Shown here: one piece after another, positions 17,296-25,489 of the stretch | Numbering within the stretch: the first letter of the stretch is position 1 | Layout: every line of letters starts with the position of its first letter | Assembly: GCA_963815515.1 (NCBI GenBank) | Contig: CAWFGP010000001.1 | Location: 999,848 to 1,063,847, forward strand | Direction of reading: 5' to 3' | DNA: 64,000 bases | Origin: an uncultured Gemmatimonadales bacterium | Lineage (GTDB): Bacteria > Gemmatimonadota > Gemmatimonadetes > Gemmatimonadales > GWC2-71-9 | Position numbers and translations under genes: made by a program | The notes under the pieces: model-generated | What the model saw: the letters and a program-made list of their open reading frames with translations, nothing else | Told to the model about the DNA's origin: nothing | The model's database searches: none

Positions 17296-18570
17296 GTGAG
17301 CCGTCCCGCTTGGAAGAGCGCAGCGGCATTCGGGGTGTTTGGATTGGCTATCGCGTTCGCATTGGCGCGAGTGACCCTCCATGCCGCTCCGGGCGGTGTC
17401 AGGCTTGGCGCCGCGTGGGTGATGATCGACTTCTACGACGGCGCCTACTTTCCTGTCAAGGCATTCCTGGCCCAATGGACTCACGACACTGCTGGCGCCG
17501 GACCAGGTCCGGGAACGGGTGTCCCGGGCTGGCCGTATTTACCTATCAACTTGCTCCTGCACCTGCCGTTCACGCTGCTCCAGCCGCGAGCGGCAGGGGC
17601 GGTCTACTTCTGTCTTACAGCGCTTCTCACGCTCTCGCTCGCGGTCGTCGTTTTGCGACTGGCGCGATATCCCGTGGAACCATGGCGCGTGGCTTTGGTG
17701 GCAGGCCTGGTTCTCCTGTCCCGTCCGGGTCACTGGACTCTGCTCTTGGGACAGCGCAGCATCCTGCTCACGCTTCTTGTGTACATCGCCCTCCGCCGCG
17801 CATGCGATGCGCCGCTGCTGAGCGGCATCGCCCTCGCCGCCGCAATCCACAAGCCAACGTTTGGACTTCCTGTAGCCGCTCTCATGCTCGCCAGCGGTTA
17901 TGGGCGGGCCGCTGCTGGCATCGGACTCCTGCTCTCCGCAGCGGTCAACATCCCACTCTTTGGAATTCTTGCGGAGCGAGCCGGCGGCGTGCAGCCTTTG
18001 GTCGCTCGCCTGCTGACCGGGTACGACAGCTGGCAAGGGCTTAGTTTCATCAACGCCGCAACCAGCCATAATCGTATCGACGCGGTCGCTCTCGTGAGCC
18101 GGTTCCTGGGTTACTCCCTGTCGAGCACGAGTCAGCTGCTCCTAGCTCTCGCACTTCTGGGGACGGCGAGCGTGGCGATCCACCGGCTTCCAGCATCGGC
18201 GCCGGCCTGGGAGGATGTGAAGATCGGGATCATCTGCCTGACTACCCTGCTGGTCGGGTACCACATGGGCTACGACCTCGTTCTGCTCACCGCCCCCCTG
18301 CTCGTCTTCGTTGCCCACGGTTTGGCAGGCGTAGGGCCCGGACTGAGGCGCGTATGTCTCACGCTCTATCTCTTGCCAGCCTTCAACTGGGTCACTACCG
18401 ACGCCGTGGTGGAGGCGTGGCACCCGACGCATTCGGTCTGGCTCGTCATCGCGTCAGTGAACGGCCTCTGCATTATGGGGTTGTTCGTCGCGTATGTGCT
18501 CGTGGCCCTTCGGTCGCAAGGGTTGGCGTCGCGGGAGCAATTCCTGTCAGCAGAGCGAGTGCCGGTCTAA
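17296..18570 (+). CDS. Polytopic membrane glycosyltransferase, GT-C fold (DUF2029-like), paralog of 5432-6700
   Basis: WVMIDFY first-loop motif, collinear with the paralog throughout. GTG 17296 is preceded by GGAGA and gives an N-terminus the same length as the paralog. Confidence 0.7.
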   Translation: MSRPAWKSAAAFGVFGLAIAFALARVTLHAAPGGVRLGAAWVMIDFYDGAYFPVKAFLAQWTHDTAGAGPGPGTGVPGWPYLPINLLLHLPFTLLQPRAAGAVYFCLTALLTLSLAVVVLRLARYPVEPWRVALVAGLVLLSRPGHWTLLLGQRSILLTLLVYIALRRACDAPLLSGIALAAAIHKPTFGLPVAALMLASGYGRAAAGIGLLLSAAVNIPLFGILAERAGGVQPLVARLLTGYDSWQGLSFINAATSHNRIDAVALVSRFLGYSLSSTSQLLLALALLGTASVAIHRLPASAPAWEDVKIGIICLTTLLVGYHMGYDLVLLTAPLLVFVAHGLAGVGPGLRRVCLTLYLLPAFNWVTTDAVVEAWHPTHSVWLVIASVNGLCIMGLFVAYVLVALRSQGLASREQFLSAERVPV

Positions 18571-18642
18571 TGCGCGAGTCGGCACAGGGCGCTCTCGTCC
18601 CGGCGACCTTCTAACCAGTGATCGCACTGCGCTGCTCGGGCA

Positions 18643-20247
18643 ATGGGGCACTCGCGAATATCGGCCCGAGAGGGGAGCACTAGCGTTGTGTTTGCCTTAC
18701 AGCATCGAGCCACCGAGGCTGCCTCTCCTGCCGATAGCCCGACCCCTGGACTCTGCCGGCAGCGGAATTCGTCCGGTTCGGCCGTGCTGTTCTTCAGCCT
18801 TTTCATGGCGGCCGGTCTACGCCTCTGGCACCTGGGTCACCAGTCGCTCTGGGCCGATGAATTTGCCTCGCTGCTTACCGCCCTTCCATCCATGGCGGAG
18901 ATTCCGGCACAGGCCCTTCGGAATGACGCCTTCGAGCCTCCGCTCTACTTTTGGCTGCTTCATAGCGTCATCCGCGTAGCGGGCTCATCAGAATGGGCAT
19001 TGCGACTCCTCTCAGCGTTCGCAGGAACGGCGACGATACCTGTCGTATGGCTGCTCATTCGTAATGTCACCCAACGCCCGCGGATCGCAGACACGGCCGC
19101 GCTGCTGCTGGCAAGCAACCCGCTGCACGTTTGGTACTCGCAGGAGGCGCGCCCCTACGCCCTTCTGGTGTTGCTTGGCTCAACCGCTCTTCTCTGCCTT
19201 GTTCGGGCGCTGGACCGGGGTACCGGATGGTGGATCGGCTTCGTGGTCCTCAGCGCCGCGGCGATCCTCACTCATGTGACCGGTGTGGTGTATCCCCTCA
19301 TTGGTGGCCTCTGGGCTCTCCACGCCCGCGGCGCGAAGGTGCTCGGGCGGCTCGCATTCGCCGCGACGGGGACCGTCGCCCTGATCCTGCCCTTTCTCAT
19401 CATGTTGGCCAGCGCGGTCGGTCACGCCAAGGGGACCGGTTCACCCCAGCGCCCGTTCACCGGGCTGGAACTTCCCTACAGTGTGTTCACGTTCCTGGCC
19501 GGATACTCCTTCGGCCCGCCCATCCGCGAGCTCCAGGACCTCGGCTGGAGGGTGGCGCTTGCGAATCACCCGGCGCAGACAGTGCTCGTCGGCGTGACGA
19601 TCCTGTGGCTGATCGCCCTCCTGCTTCGGAATCGTCGACTGCCGATCATCTCGGTGGGCCTGCTTTTCGTAGTACCGCTCGCGGCGGCCACTGCGGGTTC
19701 GCTGCTGACGACTAAGGCGTACAACGTGCGCTACGTGCTCCCGGCCCTCGTCGGCGGCTTGGCACTGGCCGCGATTGCCCTGGAGCGACTCACCCATCAG
19801 GGTCATCGGCTGGCACTCGTCGTGATGCTTGGACTCTTCCTCTGGTCCGACGCACAGTGGTTCTGGTCTCCCTCCTACTGGAAGGACGACAGTCGGGCCG
19901 CTGCGGCATGCCTGGCGACGACCCTGCCTCCTGGCTCCACGGTCGCTGTCGCCCCGTCCTACATGCGTCCGGTAGTCGCCCACTACCTGCCCGGGGCGTC
20001 TGGAATACGAGCCGTGGGAGTCAATGACGTTGCCGGTCTCGAGCGGACCGATGCGAACGCGCTGGTCATCACCCGCGCGTTTCACGTCGCGGCCCCGGTG
20101 ACCGAGCTGGTGCGCAGCCTTGAAGCCCGGTCGGGGCGAAGCGCGTCACTCGGTCGAGTGGTCGGGTACCGACTCTACTTCGTTCTGGAAAGCGCTCGAG
20201 CAGGAGCTGGTGCGGAGTGCCAGGTCTCAGGCCCCAGCACTCGCTAG
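18643..20247 (+). CDS. GT-C membrane glycosyltransferase, ArnT/PMT_2 (GT39/GT83-like) family
   Basis: LRLWHLGHQSLWADEFASL...PPLYFWLLH...LRLLSAFAGTATIPVVWLL...SNPLHVWYSQEARPYAL is the typical N-terminal loop of dolichyl/undecaprenyl-phosphate-sugar dependent transferases. It has more than 10 TM segments and a C-terminal soluble domain. Confidence 0.75.
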   Translation: MGHSRISAREGSTSVVFALQHRATEAASPADSPTPGLCRQRNSSGSAVLFFSLFMAAGLRLWHLGHQSLWADEFASLLTALPSMAEIPAQALRNDAFEPPLYFWLLHSVIRVAGSSEWALRLLSAFAGTATIPVVWLLIRNVTQRPRIADTAALLLASNPLHVWYSQEARPYALLVLLGSTALLCLVRALDRGTGWWIGFVVLSAAAILTHVTGVVYPLIGGLWALHARGAKVLGRLAFAATGTVALILPFLIMLASAVGHAKGTGSPQRPFTGLELPYSVFTFLAGYSFGPPIRELQDLGWRVALANHPAQTVLVGVTILWLIALLLRNRRLPIISVGLLFVVPLAAATAGSLLTTKAYNVRYVLPALVGGLALAAIALERLTHQGHRLALVVMLGLFLWSDAQWFWSPSYWKDDSRAAAACLATTLPPGSTVAVAPSYMRPVVAHYLPGASGIRAVGVNDVAGLERTDANALVITRAFHVAAPVTELVRSLEARSGRSASLGRVVGYRLYFVLESARAGAGAECQVSGPSTR

Positions 20248-20699
20248 CCGTTCTCTGTCAGCGGCGTTCGCGGTTGAGGTCCACAGAGGGTGCGCGCGAC
20301 ACATGGTTGGGCTTGACAAGATTGCAGAGAACAACAAGACTACGGGCCAGCGCGAGCCAATAACGGAAACGAGATGGCGCCGTCCGGTGTCCATTCGTTC
20401 GCGCCTGTGACTACTTCGTAGTCGCAGCTGCCCCCCAATCCCACAAGCGCACGGTCGGGGCCTGATGCCCTGAACCAACGCCCCAGCGAGTTTTCGCCAT
20501 CAGCCTGTGCATCGGCTATGTCGAAGAGCCGCCTTGGTCTGTCGTCTGGCCATGGGAGCCCCTTTCCCGACGGGGGCGCTCCCGCGCTCGGCTCGTCCTC
20601 TGGGGCCTGGCTGGCTGGTACATCGCGACCCCCGCTCAAGGCCTTGGCTTTGAGGGGGCACGGCTCCGCGCTTACCTGCCAGCAAGATGCACGCTGTGT

Positions 20700-20870
20700 A
20701 TCAAACTTGCACAGCAAATTGTTACAATTGACTCTGCTAAAGTAGGTAATACACTTGTGCAATTGCGTTTACAAAACAGCCCACATACCAATCAACCTGG
20801 ACTGTCAAAAAACCTATGCTTTCGCAATTTTGGCGTGCATGCCGATATTCTTGAAGCCCAAGGGTGGACC
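20700..20870 (+). promoter_or_regulatory. AT-rich control region with CAATTG-core palindromes upstream of the lipoprotein gene
   Basis: This is a local GC trough in an otherwise GC-rich window. Perfect CAATTG occurs at 20725-20730 and 20760-20765 (the latter within GCAATTGC). Imperfect copies are GCAAATTG at 20714 and GCAATTTT at 20824. There is also an inverted TTGCAC / GTGCAA pair. Confidence 0.35.
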
Positions 20871-20918
20871 GGGAGGAAGCGCGCGGTTGGGCCCCTATCT
20901 AGATCGAAGGACCGAACC

Positions 20919-23123
20919 ATGACGTACACCTTCAAGCTTGCCCGGCGCCTGGCTCGATTCCGAATGGCGTCTGTGATCACCGGAGCCCTGTTGGCCGCAG
21001 CGTGTGCGGGCGACGAGGGCCTCAATGGCCCCGCGGCCGCGGGCGGCGATCCGGGCACCTCCGTGCTTACCATCCTACCCGACTCCACCACGGTCCGCAC
21101 CAGCGATACGGTGCAGTTCTCGGTTGGGGCCCTCGCCGAGGGCTCGGCGCTGTCCTTTTCGAAGGGGAGCGGCAAGGGCAAGGGCCGCGGCAAACCCCAA
21201 CCTGCCGGCATGACGGTCAGCCCTGGAACTGCGACGTTGATCTCGACCGGGGTGCAGCGCTTCGTGGCGATGGAGACCATGACAGACGGCTCCAGTTGGC
21301 AGCCCAGGGTCACCTGGACCGCCACCGGGGGAACCATCGACAGCACAGGCAAGTACGTCGCTGCGTCGACCCCCGGTGAATACCGTGTGGTGGCGGTCGC
21401 CGCAGACGGAATGGCCGATACCGCTACGGCAACGGTCGTCGCCGATACTCCGGTCCTGGCTCGGCTGGTGCTGAGCCCGGCGGTGGATACAGTGGCGACG
21501 GGCGGAAGGCAGCAGTTCACGGTCGTGGCCACCGCAGGCGATGGCTCTAGCATCGCAGTCGTTCCGACCTATACGGCCACGGGCGGTACCATCACCGCCG
21601 CGGGCGTCTACACTGCCGGCCAGACCGCGGGCACGTTCCGGGTCATTGCGCTCGACCCCGTCAGCAACCTGGCCGATACCGCAGCGGTGACAGTGACCGC
21701 CACGCTTCCGACGGTGCAGTCCGTCGTGCTGACGCCAGGGAGCGCCTCGCTCACGACTGGGGCCAAGCAGCAGTTCAACGCCTCGGCGAAGATGAGCGAC
21801 GGGACCACAAAAGCGATCAGCGCATCGTATTCCGCCACCGGCGGTTCGATCGCGGCCTCGGGTGAGTACACGGCGGGTAGCACCGCCGGGACGTTCCGGG
21901 TCATTGCGCTCGATCCCACCAGCAACCTGGCCGATACCGCAGCGGTGACAGTGACCGCCACGCTTCCGACGGTGCAGTCCGTCGTGCTGACGCCAGGGAG
22001 CGCCTCGCTCACGACTGGGGCCAAGCAGCAGTTCAACGCCTCGGCGAAGATGAGCGACGGGACCACAAAAGCGATCAGCGCATCGTATTCCGCCACCGGC
22101 GGTTCGATCGCGGCCTCGGGTGAGTACACGGCGGGTAGCACCGCCGGGACCTATCGCGTGATCGCGGCGGAATCCGGCGGCAAGGCCGACACGGCCGCTG
22201 TGACAATCACCACGATAACGCCACCACCCCCGTCGACCTCGGTGTGTGATGGGGCCCTGCGTACAGTGGCCGTCTCAACGGCGGGCGAGCTCACCACCGC
22301 AATCGGCAGCTCCCAGCCCGGCGACTGCATCCTGCTCGCGGCTGGCACGTACACGACGGGTACCATCCGGCAGAGCCGTGGCGGGACCGCGGCGAACCCG
22401 GTGACGGTGCGTGGGGCCGGGGGCTCGAGCATCGTGACCATGGGTGGCGGGTCCTGGCTTCCCCAAGCCCCGTATCTCCGGTTCGAGAACTTCCGTTTGA
22501 CGAACACCTTCTACGGGTTCTACTGCGGGGAAAGCGGAGCACCGGGCTGTCCATACGCGGTGTTCGACTCGATGGAAGTGGACCATGCCGCCCAGTCTGG
22601 CATCGCGCTGGAGAACGGCTCCAGCTTCTCCCAAGTTCTGCGCTCCAGGGTCCATGACACCGGAGTCAGCAGGGCAGTCTATGGCGAAGGGGTCTACGTC
22701 GGCGGATACGGAACTCCCACGACCGACGTGAAGGTGCTGAACAACACCTTCTACAATACCGGCGCCGAGGCCATCGATAACTCGGCCGGGGCGGACCGGA
22801 TGACTGCGACCGGCAACGTAATCGACGGCACCGGGACGGCGTTTATCGATGGCGGGACCGTGAGCCTGGTGGGCCTGCGGGGCAACAATGTCGTCTTCAG
22901 CAACAACACCCTCACCAAGGGCTCTCCGCACGGCATCGTGGTCTGGTCCGGTTCCGGCACCGTGCTCCGGGGCAACACGATTCATCTGTTCAACATCGAC
23001 AACTATCCCGCCCCGAAGGGGATCGACGCCTCTCGGGCATCGGGAACACAGGTCGGCTGCGACAACATCGTGACCGACGTTCCAAGCGGCGGCCTGGCCT
23101 ACACCGGGAGCTGCGCCCCATGA
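20919..23123 (+). CDS. Lipoprotein with five Big_2-like Ig domains and C-terminal right-handed beta-helix (pectate-lyase-fold) domain
   Basis: MTYTFKLARRLARFRMASVITGALLAAAC is a signal plus lipobox. Repeated units follow the pattern LxPxxxxLxxGxxxQFxA...YxxTGGxIxxxGxYTAG. The C-terminus has repeated GNxIxG / NNTxxxG turns. I prefer ATG 20919 with GAAGGA upstream. Confidence 0.8.
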   Translation: MTYTFKLARRLARFRMASVITGALLAAACAGDEGLNGPAAAGGDPGTSVLTILPDSTTVRTSDTVQFSVGALAEGSALSFSKGSGKGKGRGKPQPAGMTVSPGTATLISTGVQRFVAMETMTDGSSWQPRVTWTATGGTIDSTGKYVAASTPGEYRVVAVAADGMADTATATVVADTPVLARLVLSPAVDTVATGGRQQFTVVATAGDGSSIAVVPTYTATGGTITAAGVYTAGQTAGTFRVIALDPVSNLADTAAVTVTATLPTVQSVVLTPGSASLTTGAKQQFNASAKMSDGTTKAISASYSATGGSIAASGEYTAGSTAGTFRVIALDPTSNLADTAAVTVTATLPTVQSVVLTPGSASLTTGAKQQFNASAKMSDGTTKAISASYSATGGSIAASGEYTAGSTAGTYRVIAAESGGKADTAAVTITTITPPPPSTSVCDGALRTVAVSTAGELTTAIGSSQPGDCILLAAGTYTTGTIRQSRGGTAANPVTVRGAGGSSIVTMGGGSWLPQAPYLRFENFRLTNTFYGFYCGESGAPGCPYAVFDSMEVDHAAQSGIALENGSSFSQVLRSRVHDTGVSRAVYGEGVYVGGYGTPTTDVKVLNNTFYNTGAEAIDNSAGADRMTATGNVIDGTGTAFIDGGTVSLVGLRGNNVVFSNNTLTKGSPHGIVVWSGSGTVLRGNTIHLFNIDNYPAPKGIDASRASGTQVGCDNIVTDVPSGGLAYTGSCAP
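21633..22148 (+). repeat. Near-perfect tandem duplication, 2 x 258 bp (one Big_2 domain unit, 86 codons)
   Basis: 21633-21890 and 21891-22148 are identical except for 3 substitutions clustered in one hexamer (gaccccgtc versus gatcccacc). The duplication is in frame. Confidence 0.95.
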
Positions 23124-23163
23124 CGGCGACTAGCTGAAGGCTTAGATCGGCCAGGCGACATCT

Positions 23164-23207
23164 CGCAATCGGCGGCAGAATCCCCACGATCCTGCCGCCC
23201 GATTGCG
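23164..23207. terminator. Strong hairpin between convergent operon ends
   Basis: cgcaatcggcggcag - 13-nt loop - ctgccgcccgattgcg forms a 15-bp stem with a 1-nt bulge. It lies between the stop of 20919-23123 (+) and the stop of 23287-25489 (-). There is no U-tract. Confidence 0.45.
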
Positions 23208-23286
23208 TCGCGGCGCCCCAACTTGGTCGGCTTCGGATTGACCCCTTACCGGTTCCGCCGGGACCCCTCGCGTCCCACCGCCGACC

Positions 23287-25489
23287 TCACGGTTCGACTG
23301 ACCGCCCTTGGCGAATCGATTCCAACACGGCGAAGGTCAGCAACATGCTTTGACGCGATTGTACATACGGAAGGGGGTGGTCCCCCGCGCCCCGCAGGTA
23401 GGCGCCCCATGCCGACATCTCCTCGGCGTGACCCTTGCCGGCATAGGTTCGCTTGGTCTTCTTCCGGCCGCGATGGATGACCAGGGCTCGAAAATCAGAG
23501 ATTTCCGCGACGAAGCCGGCCCCATAGACCGTGCACTCCTCCTTCGGCCAGCTGGCATCACCTTCGGCCGCGTAGATCAGTTGTCCGCACGAGCCATCGG
23601 CGAATTCGACCTGCGCGGAAACGCTATCGGGGAAGGGCAGCCGCCCGCCGGGGGGCCAGGTACTCTGGGCAAGTACGCGCACGGGCCTCGAGTCGAAGAG
23701 AAAGCAGAAGTAGTCGAGGAAATGGCACGCCTCGCCGAGCACCCGTCCACCACTCTCTGCATAGTTGGCGTACCAGTGTTGTGGATCGAGCTTGCCGGGC
23801 ACCACGCGAAAGCTCGCCGTCTTCGGGCCTGGTGAGGACCGAAGGAGCCCCTTCAGCTCCGCACTGGCAGGTGCGAAGCGGCGATTGAACCCTACCTGGA
23901 CGGAGCCCGAGCTCGTCGTCACCGCGGCATCGATGTCGGCCAGTTCCTCTCGCGTCAGGCAGAGCGGCTTCTCGACGAACACATGCTGATTCGCCGCGAG
24001 GGCCTTGAGGACCAACGGGGCATGCAGATGGTGGCGAGTCGCAATGACGACGGCGGTGGGGGCGCTGCTTGCTGGCGCCGGGGGGGCCGGAAGCCGGCGG
24101 CTCGAACAGACCGGCCGCGTCGGTCGCCGCGCTCGAGAAGCCGAATTTCGTCTTTACATGGTTCGCACTGAGCGATGTGTTATTGACAACCACGCCAAGA
24201 GGAACCTGGCGCTTAAGATGGGGTAGCAGCATCGTGCGCGCGAAGTTCCCGGCTCCGATCACGTTCACGCGGCCGACGGCGGCCTGCAGCCTGGATGGAG
24301 CGGCACCCCGGGTGAGGTCCACCTGCGGCGGCTCGCTCGCCCGGAGGACCGCCGCCGATAACCTTGCGTCGGTCTCGTATTCCAGCACGACGCCCACGTC
24401 CTGCGAGTCCGGGGACAGCAAGGTGCGGTAGACGTCCAGCGCGGCGGTAAACGGCACCCGGCGCGTGGTGAGCGCCGCGAGGTCCAGGGCGCCCGTCTTC
24501 ATCAGGTGCAGGCACGCGTCGAAATTACGCTGTTCCGTCCACCGCACGTACCCGATGGGATAGTCCGTCCCGCCCCACTCGTACGCCGGCTCGTAGCGGC
24601 CGGGCCCATAGCTCCGCGCGTACCGGATGTCGATCTCCTTCTCGTAGGCGTACCGCCACAACAGTTCCACCTTCGTGTTCCCCACCACCACGATCCGCCC
24701 TCGATCACGCAACGCCTCGACGGCCAGCTCGGTAGGGGCATTGCTCTGCGTCCCCGTCGCGAGAATCACCGCGTCTACACCATACCCGTCGGTCCAGGCG
24801 TGCACCTGGTCGATGACGCTCCCATGGTCAGCGAGGAGAAAACTCTCGGCGCCCACCGCCCGGGCAAATGGCTCGCGTGCCGCGTCCAGGTCCACGGCCA
24901 TGACCCGAGCACCATCGGCTCGCAGGAGGCCCGTAACCAGCAGACCCACGAGGCCCTGTCCGATCACCAAGGCGCGCTCGCCCAGCGTGGGCTCCAACTG
25001 CCGGACCGTCTGCAAGGCGATGGAGACGATGGTAGTATAGGCCGCTTGCCAGTTCTCGACGCCGTCCGGCACGCCGGCCGCGAGCTTGTCCGGCACCGCA
25101 ATGTATTCAGCGTGGAAGGCGCACTCCGCCCCGCCACAGGCCACGCGGTCTCCCACCCGAAAGCGGGTGTTCTCCGTATCCACCGCGTCAACGACTCCCG
25201 CCGCACTGTAGCCTAGTGGGGTAGGCGACTCCAGCCGGTTCCTGACCTTCTCCGCCGTCGCTCTCCAGCCCAGCGTCCTGGCACTCTGGAGGACTTTCCG
25301 AACCTGGTCGGGTCGTGCCTTGGCTTTCTGCAGCAGGTTCATCTGCGCCTGCTCGACCTTCATTCTCTCAGTACCGGTGCTGATGACGGAATGCGTGACG
25401 CGCACGAGAATACCACCCGACGGTGCGGTTGGTTTGGGGACTTCCTGCAGCTCCAGCCGTCCATCCTGGTATTGCGCGATTTGCTTCAT
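23287..25489 (-). pseudogene. Bi-domain oxidoreductase (Zn-type alcohol dehydrogenase/MDR domain + Gfo/Idh/MocA domain), reading frame broken by a 1-nt excess in a G7/C7 tract
   Basis: Frame A (from ATG 25489) gives the MDR domain and the start of the Rossmann domain, VNVIGAGNFARTMLLPHL...FSSAATDAAGLFEPPASGPP, and then turns into Arg/Pro-rich nonsense. Frame B continues APTAVVIATRHHLHAPLVLKALAANQHVFVEKPLCLT...GFNRRF to the stop at 23287. The switch point is the homopolymer at 24080-24086. Removing one G restores a protein of about 733 aa. Confidence 0.8.

Noticed and set aside
20705-20760. Shared ACTTGCAC / CTTGTGC motifs between the 20.7-kb control region and the LuxR upstream region (47516-47540)
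   Set aside because: An identical 8-mer between two roughly 200-bp AT-rich stretches is about what chance predicts. I do not claim a common operator without binding data.
20340-20762. 140-aa minus-strand ORF in the 20.2-20.9 kb spacer
   Set aside because: It has poor GC3, runs into the AT-rich promoter region and has no recognisable domain.
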